Source: Candidatus Kaiserbacteria bacterium
GTDB taxonomy: Bacteria; Patescibacteriota; Minisyncoccia; Phycocordibacterales; UBA2100
Assembly: GCA_016186765.1 (NCBI GenBank)
Contig: JACPLD010000002.1
Coordinates: forward strand, 110,386 to 174,385
Reading direction: 5' to 3'
Length of the DNA: 64,000 nt
In this document: positions 37,903 to 46,626 of the stretch, in pieces
Layout of the letters: every line of letters begins with the position of its first letter
How positions within the stretch are numbered: the first letter of the stretch is position 1
Program-made: the position numbers and the translations under genes
The notes under the pieces: model-generated
What the model saw: only the letters and a program-made list of their open reading frames with translations
The model's database searches: none
What the model was told of the DNA's origin: nothing

Positions 37903-38643
37903 ATGAGCAGTGAAGGCGGCTCGGAGAAAATTCCTAAACCGATTGTCGCAAAATCCGTCGAAAAACCTAAGCCAGCGCTCGCGTTCGACCTAGAGGGAAC
38001 GCTCGTTGACCTCGAGAGATTCCACCAGATGGCATTCGAGCACGTTGCTGCACAACTGGGGTTGCAATTCGGACAGGGGGAATTTCACGCATTTGTCGGC
38101 GCGGGGGATGAGGCGATTGCGAAAGAGATCGCACGTCTTGGAGATTTGAGTAATTTCAAACTCGATCCAAAAGCGATTCGTACTGCAAAGACGGAAGTCT
38201 ATCGAGATATGTTGCATGCGCACCCTATCGTGCCACGGGAAGGCGCGGGGGAATATTTGGAGCGCGCGAAAATCATCGGTGGCAATTTGGTGCTTGCGAG
38301 CCTTACGCCCGACAAAGACGCCGAGCGCATACTCACCGGTTCTCACCTCAAACCCTTTTTCACATTTATTTTGACAGAAAGCGACGTGCAGAAGAAAAAG
38401 CCGGATCCGGAAGTCTATCAAAAAGCTGCGAAGCTTCGCGGAGTCGTAAATCCAAACATGTTGGTACACGAAGACTCACCGGTGGGGGTCGCTTCAGGCA
38501 AAGCCGCAGGAAGTCCTGTCGCCGCTTTTCCGGTACACGAAAACCTCAAATTCGAGCCCAAACCCGATGCAATCTATATGGGATGGAAAAATCTCGCGCC
38601 AGAAGAAGTGATCGACGAAATTTTCAAGTCCAGAACGCCTTGA
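37903..38643 (+). CDS. HAD-superfamily hydrolase (subfamily IA, beta-phosphoglucomutase-like)
   Basis: LAFDLEGTLVD motif I, downstream K and D motifs. Confidence 0.75.
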   Translation: MSSEGGSEKIPKPIVAKSVEKPKPALAFDLEGTLVDLERFHQMAFEHVAAQLGLQFGQGEFHAFVGAGDEAIAKEIARLGDLSNFKLDPKAIRTAKTEVYRDMLHAHPIVPREGAGEYLERAKIIGGNLVLASLTPDKDAERILTGSHLKPFFTFILTESDVQKKKPDPEVYQKAAKLRGVVNPNMLVHEDSPVGVASGKAAGSPVAAFPVHENLKFEPKPDAIYMGWKNLAPEEVIDEIFKSRTP

Positions 38644-38778
38644 TTCTAGTTCTCGCGGCAATGGTCACGTGAGATTGACGGTCTCCATTTTGTATTGTAG
38701 AATCTCAATCAAGATCTTTCACTCCGGTTATGAATATCGGCCCCGAGTTGCGCGGGTAGCGCGACAGAAAGCAAATGT

Positions 38779-39045
38779 GTGATGACGCGAGAAAAGGTCG
38801 AAGTCATCGTGGGCTGGGTAGCGGTGGCGGCGGGAGTCGCCATGTACGCGAGCTTCATTGATCAGATCCAACTGAACCTTGCTGGCCAAAAGGGCTCGTG
38901 GATCCTGGCGACTTGCGCCCTCGCGAATAGCACCCTGTGGTTTTTCTACGGGATCCTGAAAAGGCCCGTGGATTGGTGTCTCGCAGTGGTGAATCCGCCG
39001 GGGATCTTTTTGGCAGCAACCGCCATCGTGACGACGTTCTGGTGA
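38779..39045 (+). CDS. SemiSWEET/PQ-loop-like small membrane transporter (3 TM)
   Basis: 88 aa, three TM helices, PQ-loop-like ...ASFIDQIQLN... and conserved W/N positions. Tentative. Confidence 0.4.
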   Translation: MMTREKVEVIVGWVAVAAGVAMYASFIDQIQLNLAGQKGSWILATCALANSTLWFFYGILKRPVDWCLAVVNPPGIFLAATAIVTTFW

Positions 39046-39076
39046 TCGAGGGCTGCTCTGAACTTTTCATTGAAAA

Positions 39077-39125
39077 GCGCCGCGCAGGGAAGCTTCCTGC
39101 GCGGCGCATCGTTTTAATTGTTTTG
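39077..39125 (+). terminator. Rho-independent terminator (12-bp perfect stem GCGCCGCGCAGG/CCTGCGCGGCGC + T-tract)
   Basis: Seen in sequence, directly after the SemiSWEET-like gene. Confidence 0.7.
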
Positions 39126-39214
39126 CGCCTGAAAGCAGCATTTCTTGCGTTTCCGCTGATTTCAGCTACATTACTGGAACGCCTTCGGGCTCCGCCAGCT
39201 GGCGGATTATTTAT

Positions 39215-41356
39215 ATGGCACGAGACTACCCACTAGAGAAAGTTAGAAATTTTGGGATTATTGCGCACATTGATGCGGGGAAAACAACCACGTCGGAGCG
39301 GATCCTTTTTTACACGGGGATGTCACACAAAATCGGCGAAGTGCACGAGGGCGACACGGTGACCGACTGGATGGAGCAGGAGCGCGAGCGCGGCATCACG
39401 ATTACCGCCGCCGCCATCACGTGTTTCTGGAACCCCACGTACATGCTAGAGGACACCTCGTACAAACACCGCTTCAATATTATCGATACTCCCGGCCACA
39501 TCGACTTTACCTCGGAAGTGAAGAGAAGTATGCGCGTTCTTGACGGCGCAGTCGTCGTCTTCGACGGCGTTGCGGGTGTCGAGCCGCAAAGCGAAACCAA
39601 CTGGCGTTACGCCGAGGAGGCGAACGTGCCCCGCATCTGCTACATCAACAAGCTCGACCGCACGGGTGCCTCTTTCGAAAAATCGTTTGCAAGTATCTTG
39701 GAGCGGCTTTCAACGAAAGCCGTGCGTTTCCAGATCCCCGTCGGCGCAGAAGGAGATTTCTCCGGCGTTGTAGACCTTCTCACGATGAAAGCATACGAAT
39801 TCGAGGGTGAGATGGGCAAAGACGTCATCGCCTATGATGTGCCGAAGAATTTGAAGGCCGAGGCCGAAAAATATCGCCACGAGCTTATCGAAAAGATCGT
39901 CGAGCATGACGATGCGGTGATGCACGATTACTTGGAAGGAAAAGAAATCCCGCTTGAGACGCTAAAAAAGACACTCCGCAAAGCGGTCATCGCGAACAAA
40001 ATTTTCCCTGTCTTGACCGGCTCGTCGCTCAAGAACAAAGGCGTGCAGCTCGTCTTGGATGCTGTCGTTGATTATCTACCGAGTCCGCTCGATGTGCCTC
40101 CGGCGAAGGGCACGAATACAGACACGGGCGCCGAGGAGGAGCGCCCGGCTTCCGACGACGCTCCATTCGCAGCGCTCGTGTTTAAACTCCAAGTCGATCC
40201 ATTCGTAGGCGCGCTTTCCTTCTTCCGCGTCTATTCAGGAAGTATCGAAGCTGGTACCTTCGTCTACGATTCTGCGAACAATAAGAAAGAGCGGCTCGGC
40301 CGCATCGTGCGGCTCCAGGCCGACAAGCGCGAAGATGTGAAGATCGTCTACGCAGGCGAGATCGCAGCAGCGGTGGGTCTCAAGGAAGTGAAGATCGGTC
40401 ACACGCTCTGTGATCCGGATCATCCGATTGCACTCGAAGCAATAGTCTTTCCCGAGCCGGTCGTTTCGATGCGTATCGAGCCGAAAACAAAGGCCGATCA
40501 GGAAAAAATGGGTATCGCGCTCTCGCGCCTCTCCGACGAAGACCCGACATTCCGTGTCGCCTCTGATCCGGAGACGATGGAAACCATCGTCTCCGGCATG
40601 GGAGAGCTGCACCTCGAAATCATCGTCGATCGCATGAAGCGCGAGTTTGGCGTGGAAGCCTCGACAGGAAAACCGCAGGTCGCCTACCGCGAAACGGTGC
40701 AGGGCACGAGTGATGTCGAGTACAAGCACATCAAGCAAACAGGTGGTCGCGGCCAATATGGCCACGTGAAGATCCGCGTGAAGCCGCTTGAACCACTTGT
40801 CGCAGGGAAGAAGGTGAAGAACAACGTCGAGCGCGAGGAACACTTCGAGTTCATCAACAGCATCAAAGGAGGCGTCATCCCGCAGGAATATATCACTCCC
40901 ATCAAAAAGGGCCTCAAAGAGGCGATGGACCGCGGGGTGCTCGCGGGCTTTCCGGTCGTCGATGTGTCCGTCGATCTCTACGACGGCAGCTATCACGAAG
41001 TTGATTCATCCGAAATCGCATTCAAACTCGCAGCGATTAATGCGATGCAGGAAGCCGTGCAAAAAGCAAAGCCCGTGCTTCTCGAGCCGATCATGAAATT
41101 GGAAGTCGTGACGCCCGAGAAATTCATGGGCGACGTGACGGGCATGATCAACAGCAAGCGCGGCGCGATCGAGAGCTTGAGCGAGCGCGGGCAGGTGAAA
41201 GTTATCACCGCCAAAGTGCCACTCTCGGAGCTCTTTGGCTTCACAACGCAGCTTCGCTCACTAACCGAAGGCCGCGGCGTGCCCAACGTCGAGTTCAGCC
41301 ATTACGCTGTTGTACCTCGAAATGTTCAGGAAGAAATCATAGTGTCACGCAAGTAA
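39215..41356 (+). CDS. fusA: Elongation factor G
   Basis: AHIDAGKTTTSERIL...DTPGHIDF G-domain, full-length EF-G. Confidence 0.95.
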   Translation: MARDYPLEKVRNFGIIAHIDAGKTTTSERILFYTGMSHKIGEVHEGDTVTDWMEQERERGITITAAAITCFWNPTYMLEDTSYKHRFNIIDTPGHIDFTSEVKRSMRVLDGAVVVFDGVAGVEPQSETNWRYAEEANVPRICYINKLDRTGASFEKSFASILERLSTKAVRFQIPVGAEGDFSGVVDLLTMKAYEFEGEMGKDVIAYDVPKNLKAEAEKYRHELIEKIVEHDDAVMHDYLEGKEIPLETLKKTLRKAVIANKIFPVLTGSSLKNKGVQLVLDAVVDYLPSPLDVPPAKGTNTDTGAEEERPASDDAPFAALVFKLQVDPFVGALSFFRVYSGSIEAGTFVYDSANNKKERLGRIVRLQADKREDVKIVYAGEIAAAVGLKEVKIGHTLCDPDHPIALEAIVFPEPVVSMRIEPKTKADQEKMGIALSRLSDEDPTFRVASDPETMETIVSGMGELHLEIIVDRMKREFGVEASTGKPQVAYRETVQGTSDVEYKHIKQTGGRGQYGHVKIRVKPLEPLVAGKKVKNNVEREEHFEFINSIKGGVIPQEYITPIKKGLKEAMDRGVLAGFPVVDVSVDLYDGSYHEVDSSEIAFKLAAINAMQEAVQKAKPVLLEPIMKLEVVTPEKFMGDVTGMINSKRGAIESLSERGQVKVITAKVPLSELFGFTTQLRSLTEGRGVPNVEFSHYAVVPRNVQEEIIVSRK

Positions 41357-41576
41357 GAGTACCAAAGAACGCCTGCCCCGTAGCCAACGCGAAGCGTTGT
41401 GGTACCGGGGTCGCAGATGAGGTTATCGCCGCGAGGAAATAATCCCCAAAAGTCAGAAAAACGCTCTCGACAAAGGTAAAAAATGTGCCACGATTGAGAC
41501 ATTATCGGAGGTCAATGCCGAGAACTTCTTTGGGCCCAGTGCTCTCTCTGGTCATCCCTGAAGGGGGTTTAATCGT

Positions 41577-41684
41577 ATGAGTTTTACGCACGATGAGTAT
41601 GTGCTCGCGATATTGCAACTTAGCTTTAGCGCAGAGCAGTACCTAGAAGCAATTCTCCGCCTCGAGGCGGAGTTTTGCTTTTGA
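41577..41684 (+). CDS. Mini-ORF (35 aa) with strong SD, ending inside an intrinsic terminator; leader-peptide/attenuator candidate
   Basis: GAAGGGGG SD 7 nt upstream of the ATG. Palindrome CTCCGCCTCGAGGCGGAG + TTTTGCTTTT overlaps the stop codon. Confidence 0.3.
   Translation: MSFTHDEYVLAILQLSFSAEQYLEAILRLEAEFCF
41655..41684 (+). terminator. Intrinsic terminator-like hairpin + T-tract in the fusA-tuf spacer
   Basis: 18-bp perfect palindrome followed by TTTTGCTTTT. Confidence 0.5.
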
Positions 41685-41808
41685 CAGGCGCTTTTCCACA
41701 TGCGTTGCGCGAGCTCGAAGCCGCGTGTGCACAAACGGCATGCTCTCGGGAGACGCCCAGTATACGTATGCCGTCTGCTCTGTGACGGCGCCCTAGACTA
41801 GGCGAGAC

Positions 41809-41838
41809 TTGACGGATTCACGGCATTTTTGTTAGTAT
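41809..41838 (+). promoter_or_regulatory. Sigma70-like promoter candidate for tuf (TTGACG-N18-TAGTAT)
   Basis: Seen in sequence, ~115 bp upstream of the tuf start. Confidence 0.45.
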
Positions 41839-41954
41839 GCGCGGACGCTAGAGAGGCGGTATTTTTTTGCCCAGCTCAGCCGTAGATGCGGCGGCGAAGG
41901 CAGCCCTTCACTTTTGCGTTGGTATTAAAAAGGTAACAGTCATTTAGTAATTGT

Positions 41955-43154
41955 ATGGCAGCAGAATTTGCACGAACGAAGCCGCACATCAATGTCGGCA
42001 CGATCGGACACGTCGACCACGGCAAGACCACCTTGACCGCGGCGATTTTGAGCGTCCTCTCGAAAGCAGGGAACGGCTACACGGCGACCGTGAAAGGCGT
42101 CGACGACATCGACAAAGCACCTGAAGAAAAAGCGCGCGGCATCACCATTTCACTTTCGCACTCTGAATACGAAACGCCAAAGCGCCACTACGCACACGTC
42201 GACGCTCCTGGGCACGCCGACTACATCAAGAACATGATCACCGGTGCCGCGCAAATGGATGGTGCCATTCTTGTGGTCGCTGCTACCGACGGCGTGATGC
42301 CTCAGACACGCGAGCACATTCTCCTTGCGCGGCAGGTGGGTGTACCCAAGATCGTCGTCTTTTTGAACAAGGTTGATCAGGTGGACGACAAAGACCTTGT
42401 GGATCTCGTCGAGGAAGAGGTGCGCGAGCTTCTCACCAAGTATGAATTCGACGGCAAGAACACCCCCGTCATCCGCGGAAGCGGTCTCAAGGCGCTTGAA
42501 AACCCTGCGCCGGGCAACGAGTGGAGCGACAAGGTGATGGAGCTGGTAAAAGCAATCGATGAGTATATCCCCGAGCCGGTGCGTGAGCTCGACAAGCCCT
42601 TCCTCATGGCTATCGAAGACGTCTTCTCCATCGAAGGACGCGGTACTGTCGTTACAGGCCGTATCGACCGCGGAATCATCAAAGTCGGTGAGGAAGTCGA
42701 GATAATCGGCATCAAAGACACGCAGAAGACGATCGTCACCGGCGTCGAAATGTTCAACAAATCGCTGCAACAGGGACAAGCAGGTGATAATGCGGGCGTC
42801 CTCTTGCGAGGCACGAAGAAAGAAGACGTGCACCGCGGCCAAGTGCTCGCAAAGCCGGGCACGGTGAAGCCGCACACGGACTTCGAATCGGAGGTCTACA
42901 TTCTCACCAAGGAGGAAGGAGGTCGCCACACGCCATTCTTCTCCGGCTACAAGCCGCAGTTCTACATCCGCACCACAGATGTGACCGGCGAGGTGACGCT
43001 CAAAGAAGGAGTGGAAATGGTGATGCCGGGCGACACCGTGACATTCAAGGTGAAACTCGTCGGCCCGATCGCCATGGAAGAGCAGATGCGCTTCGCCATC
43101 CGCGAAGGCGGCAAGACCGTCGGAGCTGGCGTCGTTACGAAGATAGTTGCTTAA
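41955..43154 (+). CDS. tuf: Elongation factor Tu
   Basis: [10 protein letters not shown]...DAPGHADY, canonical EF-Tu. Confidence 0.95.
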   Translation: MAAEFARTKPHINVGTIGHVDHGKTTLTAAILSVLSKAGNGYTATVKGVDDIDKAPEEKARGITISLSHSEYETPKRHYAHVDAPGHADYIKNMITGAAQMDGAILVVAATDGVMPQTREHILLARQVGVPKIVVFLNKVDQVDDKDLVDLVEEEVRELLTKYEFDGKNTPVIRGSGLKALENPAPGNEWSDKVMELVKAIDEYIPEPVRELDKPFLMAIEDVFSIEGRGTVVTGRIDRGIIKVGEEVEIIGIKDTQKTIVTGVEMFNKSLQQGQAGDNAGVLLRGTKKEDVHRGQVLAKPGTVKPHTDFESEVYILTKEEGGRHTPFFSGYKPQFYIRTTDVTGEVTLKEGVEMVMPGDTVTFKVKLVGPIAMEEQMRFAIREGGKTVGAGVVTKIVA

Positions 43155-43175
43155 TTCGCTCTCGAACTAAGCTAG

Positions 43176-43203
43176 CAAAACCCCGCGAAAGCGGGGTTTT
43201 GCT
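43176..43203 (+). terminator. Rho-independent terminator after tuf
   Basis: AAAACCCCGCGAAAGCGGGGTTTTGCTAT. Confidence 0.8.
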
Positions 43204-43239
43204 ATACTGGGGCACTACTAGTTTCTAATTACAAAACGT

Positions 43240-43578
43240 ATGAAAAAATTCTTAGTCTTGTACCGGATGGACATGGCAGCGATGCAAAAAATGATGCAAG
43301 AGACCAGTGCAGAGGATAGGAAGAAGAGCATGGGGGAGTGGGCAGAGTGGATGAAAAAGCACATGGCGAATTTCGCCGACGCCGGTGCGCCCGTCGGGAA
43401 GACCACACATGTCACATCGAGCGGAGCTACTGATACCAGCAATGATATTGGCGGCTACTCGATAGTGCAGGCAGAGTCGAAGGAGGCCGCTGCAGCGCTC
43501 TTCGCAGACAACCCGCACCTACAGATGCCCGGAGCAATCGTTGAGCTGATGGAGATAGTGCCGATGCCGGGGATGTAA
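43240..43578 (+). CDS. Hypothetical small protein (possibly YciI/Dabb-like fold)
   Basis: 112 aa, Met/Lys-rich N-terminus; weak resemblance to YciI-related proteins. Confidence 0.4.
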   Translation: MKKFLVLYRMDMAAMQKMMQETSAEDRKKSMGEWAEWMKKHMANFADAGAPVGKTTHVTSSGATDTSNDIGGYSIVQAESKEAAAALFADNPHLQMPGAIVELMEIVPMPGM

Positions 43579-43891
43579 CCAAAACTTGTCCCGTTAGATG
43601 CGCTAGCTATCTAATGGGATCGTTGCCTAATGTGGGAGTTTCCGTTGAGACTTCTGGAATGACGCTGGCTTTACAGACGGAACAGATTATTATTATGATT
43701 ATTACTATCAATTATGGTTCTTATGGACGAAGAGTTTTGCGATTGCGGTCCGCACACTACTTGCAAGCCAGGCGATGAAACCTGTACTGGCTGCGGCAAG
43801 AAGTGTCGCCCGAATGCCTCAAAAATAGAGGAGAGAGAGGAATAAGAAATGTTGCGTTCTGCTCATAGATAGTGCATACTCGGCAGGTTCT

Positions 43892-44317
43892 ATGACAGCG
43901 GAAGAGAAAGTAAAAAAGGCGCGGAAGCCCCGCGCGAAGAAGGTTAGTAAACCTGTCGATGCTTCTTCCGTTGCACCCGCTCCAGCTCCCCGCGTAAAGA
44001 AGGCCGAAACCGCACATCGTCTGCGCATCAAGGTGCGCGCCTACGAGCATGGTGTTTTGGATAATTCCGTAAAGCAGATCATCGATACTGCCGCTCGCTA
44101 CAATGCAGAGATCATCGGTCCGGTGCCGCTTCCTATCGATATCAAAAAATATACGGTGAACCGCGCTGCATTCATCGACAAAGATTCTCGCGAGCAGTTC
44201 GAGATGCGCATCCACAAGCGCATGATCGACATTTTGAATCCTGCCCCGAAGGTCATCGAAGCGTTGACGAATATTGATCTCCCATCCGGCGTCAGTATTG
44301 ATGTGAAAATGATGTAA
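43892..44317 (+). CDS. rpsJ: 30S ribosomal protein S10 with a ~40-aa Lys/Ala/Pro-rich N-terminal extension
   Basis: RLRIKVRAYEHGVLDNSVKQIIDTAARYNAEIIGPVPLP... canonical S10 core. Confidence 0.9.
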   Translation: MTAEEKVKKARKPRAKKVSKPVDASSVAPAPAPRVKKAETAHRLRIKVRAYEHGVLDNSVKQIIDTAARYNAEIIGPVPLPIDIKKYTVNRAAFIDKDSREQFEMRIHKRMIDILNPAPKVIEALTNIDLPSGVSIDVKMM

Positions 44318-44406
44318 AAATCGGCAGTGTCTCTTCGAGCGTACGCTCACGCATAAAGACGGCCTCGCCGGTGAGCGACGAGGCCGATTCTGGTGTTCCG
44401 CGCATG

Positions 44407-44898
44407 TTAGCGGAACGAGACACTTGGCGACTGGCCGCTGCCTACATAGTAGAAAGTGAGCCGTGCCTGCTCGTCGTCCCACGTCGTACCGACTGATGCG
44501 CAGCGATTTCTCGCAAAAATCGGCGCGGCTCCCTCCAGGACAATAGTAGCGCCTGGAGCGATCATCCCGCTCACTGCATACTCCAAGGTGCACGTCAAAC
44601 TGCCGTATCGCTTGAAGCGTCGCGCCTTGCCCGCGAACCATCCGCCGACGATGCTCCCGGTAATGAGAGGCGTTCCCGCCTCGATGCCGATGCTCGCAAG
44701 GCCTGGTCGCGGACGCGAATACGCGATGATGAACTCGCCGGAATCCATAAATCCGGCGGACATCAGCGAGCATTCCTGTGGCACCAGGTTGCACGGCTTG
44801 CTGCCACTGTGCAGGTACCAGTCACCAGCTGTGGCTGCGCCAGGGAACAGCATAGCCACGAAAGCAATCAGAACAGTTCTCATGTGTCGTCTCCTCAA
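44407..44898 (-). CDS. Hypothetical secreted protein
   Basis: Signal peptide MRTVLIAFVAMLFPGAATA; the mature part has no recognised motif. Located in the insertion between rpsJ and rplC. Confidence 0.4.
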   Translation of the reverse strand: MRRRHMRTVLIAFVAMLFPGAATAGDWYLHSGSKPCNLVPQECSLMSAGFMDSGEFIIAYSRPRPGLASIGIEAGTPLITGSIVGGWFAGKARRFKRYGSLTCTLEYAVSGMIAPGATIVLEGAAPIFARNRCASVGTTWDDEQARLTFYYVGSGQSPSVSFR

Positions 44899-45032
44899 GA
44901 TTCACTCGGACTCGCAACAGGCGAGCCGAGGCTGCGTGAACTATAGCCCTGTGTCTACGGCGTGTCGAGAAGCGGGACGTTGGAAAAAAGCAGCCCGCTC
45001 GAAAGCGGGCCGTATCGGCAGAGGTCGCACAT

Positions 45033-45812
45033 TCATTGCAGGCTTGCGGCCGTGGCTTTCATCAGCATCCCGTGGATGTCACGGACCATCTGCCATTGTA
45101 CGTCGCGTTTCCCAAGAAGCGTCTCGACGTTTATGTAGGACTTTCCGTCCTTCCCATACCGGTACGAGAGGCTTCCGTCGTTGATGTCGTGCGCAGGGTC
45201 CTGATACACGACGCTCACATTCTGCTTCGTAAACTTCGCGAAAAGGTCCTCGGTGGTGACGATCACGAAGTTGTACGCGCCGCCCGCGCCGATGTGCACG
45301 AACGTCTTTCCATTCCCGCGGTAGTACAAACCAACCTTCGCATACGAAAGGATGCCGTAGCCGCGTCCCGCGTTGTTGTGCAGTGCGACGAGCGGCATAC
45401 TGCTCGCGCACAGCGCAAGGATGCGATCCGCCAGGCTCTGTACCGCCACATATGCCTTCGGGTCTATGGGCCCGCTCGCGCGCAGCGTGCGCACGATTCC
45501 TTCGTGAGTGAAGATGCGGTTGGGATCGAATTCGTGCTCAATGGTGCCCAGTCGGAAGGAAACCATCCTCCCGCGCGCGTGTATGAGGTCGATAAAACGC
45601 CCGCCGAGTTCCGCAACAAGACGTTCGCCAACGACGCCGGCGTCGATTTCGTTGTGATGAACCCTGATGAACGTCGGCCCTTCGCCGCGATGGAATTCGC
45701 GCAGCGTTACCGTGGTGTCACCCATGTGCACTATATGATCGGTTCTGACCGTGTCCGTCTGTGCAGGCGTGGCAAAGAGAAGTGCGAACGCGATGACGAT
45801 GTGAAAGAACAT
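45033..45812 (-). CDS. Secreted zinc-peptidase/amidohydrolase-like protein (M14 or AstE/AspA-like; tentative)
   Basis: Signal peptide; HxxE-type candidate zinc motif (RVHHNEIDAG) and a second His (LVALHNN). Family assignment is tentative. Confidence 0.35.
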   Translation of the reverse strand: MFFHIVIAFALLFATPAQTDTVRTDHIVHMGDTTVTLREFHRGEGPTFIRVHHNEIDAGVVGERLVAELGGRFIDLIHARGRMVSFRLGTIEHEFDPNRIFTHEGIVRTLRASGPIDPKAYVAVQSLADRILALCASSMPLVALHNNAGRGYGILSYAKVGLYYRGNGKTFVHIGAGGAYNFVIVTTEDLFAKFTKQNVSVVYQDPAHDINDGSLSYRYGKDGKSYINVETLLGKRDVQWQMVRDIHGMLMKATAASLQ

Positions 45813-45902
45813 CTCATGCCCTCCTTCGCTTGAGTGGGGATGATAGTGTAATTAAAGCACGCGGGGCGCGGAGTCGGAAGCACTTTTTCCGATCCGCGGT
45901 AT

Positions 45903-45962
45903 GCAGCACTCACCAATATTGATTTGCCGTCAGGAGTTTCGATAGACGTAAAAATGATGTAG
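45903..45962 (+). pseudogene. Orphan recoded copy of the rpsJ 3' end (encodes AALTNIDLPSGVSIDVKMM*)
   Basis: In-frame translation matches the last 18-19 residues of rpsJ (44261..44317), with almost every synonymous position changed. Upstream sequence does not match S10. Confidence 0.6.
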
Positions 45963-46059
45963 TTGTTTGGGTCTCCCGCCGCCGAATCCTCTAGAGCATT
46001 GTCAACACGCCCGGCTACCTTACGCGCGTGTTCGGCTTTGCGCGCAGTATACTGGTGTC

Positions 46060-46518
46060 ATGCAGGCGATGATGGTGCGTACGGGTGCGGCACTTTTGGG
46101 CGCTCTTTTTCTCGTTGGGACAATGGCAACGTTCGTGTGGGCGCAGAGTGATACGGAGCTCGAGGCAACGATCCGCACGGCTATCCTTTCGGACCCGCGT
46201 TCGTCGCAGATGTCGGAAGCGGAGATTGACGCAATGGTCGCGGTGCTTGCTGAAGGAGCCAAGGCAGAGGGAATCACCTCTGAAGACATTCTCTGGCGGC
46301 CGCAAGAGATAGCTTCGGAGACGGAATCGAGCGAGGCGTGCGGCTATGCCGCATTTCTCTGCGCTTTGAACGATGCATTCGGCCTCACTGGCTCCGCGGT
46401 TCTCATCCCGCTCCTCCTGGGAATTACCTCGGCGCTCTTGCTTTTTGTCATCGGCTCAATTCTTCTGCATAGCCACGGCCGCCATCCGTTTGTCGGAAGC
46501 TTGCGTACGGAGGAGTAA
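46060..46518 (+). CDS. Hypothetical membrane protein (N-terminal signal/TM, C-terminal TM)
   Basis: ORF with hydrophobic termini, located between the rpsJ remnant and rplC. Confidence 0.4.
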   Translation: MQAMMVRTGAALLGALFLVGTMATFVWAQSDTELEATIRTAILSDPRSSQMSEAEIDAMVAVLAEGAKAEGITSEDILWRPQEIASETESSEACGYAAFLCALNDAFGLTGSAVLIPLLLGITSALLLFVIGSILLHSHGRHPFVGSLRTEE

Positions 46519-46626
46519 GTGTATATAGTGCGCCCACGCCTTTGGAGGCGTTCCATGTCCCCATAAGGGACCAATGGTTGGGCTCGACGCTCGCCATTGC
46601 GAGCGTTTTGCATTGAAGGCGACACA

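Noticed and set aside
40235-40996. 253-aa minus-strand ORF inside fusA, and the similar 42150..42929 inside tuf
   Set aside because: Antisense to universally conserved translation factors; shadow ORFs.
43757-44794. 345-aa minus-strand ORF spanning rpsJ
   Set aside because: Arg/His-rich nonsense-like translation overlapping rpsJ and the secreted-protein gene; shadow ORF.
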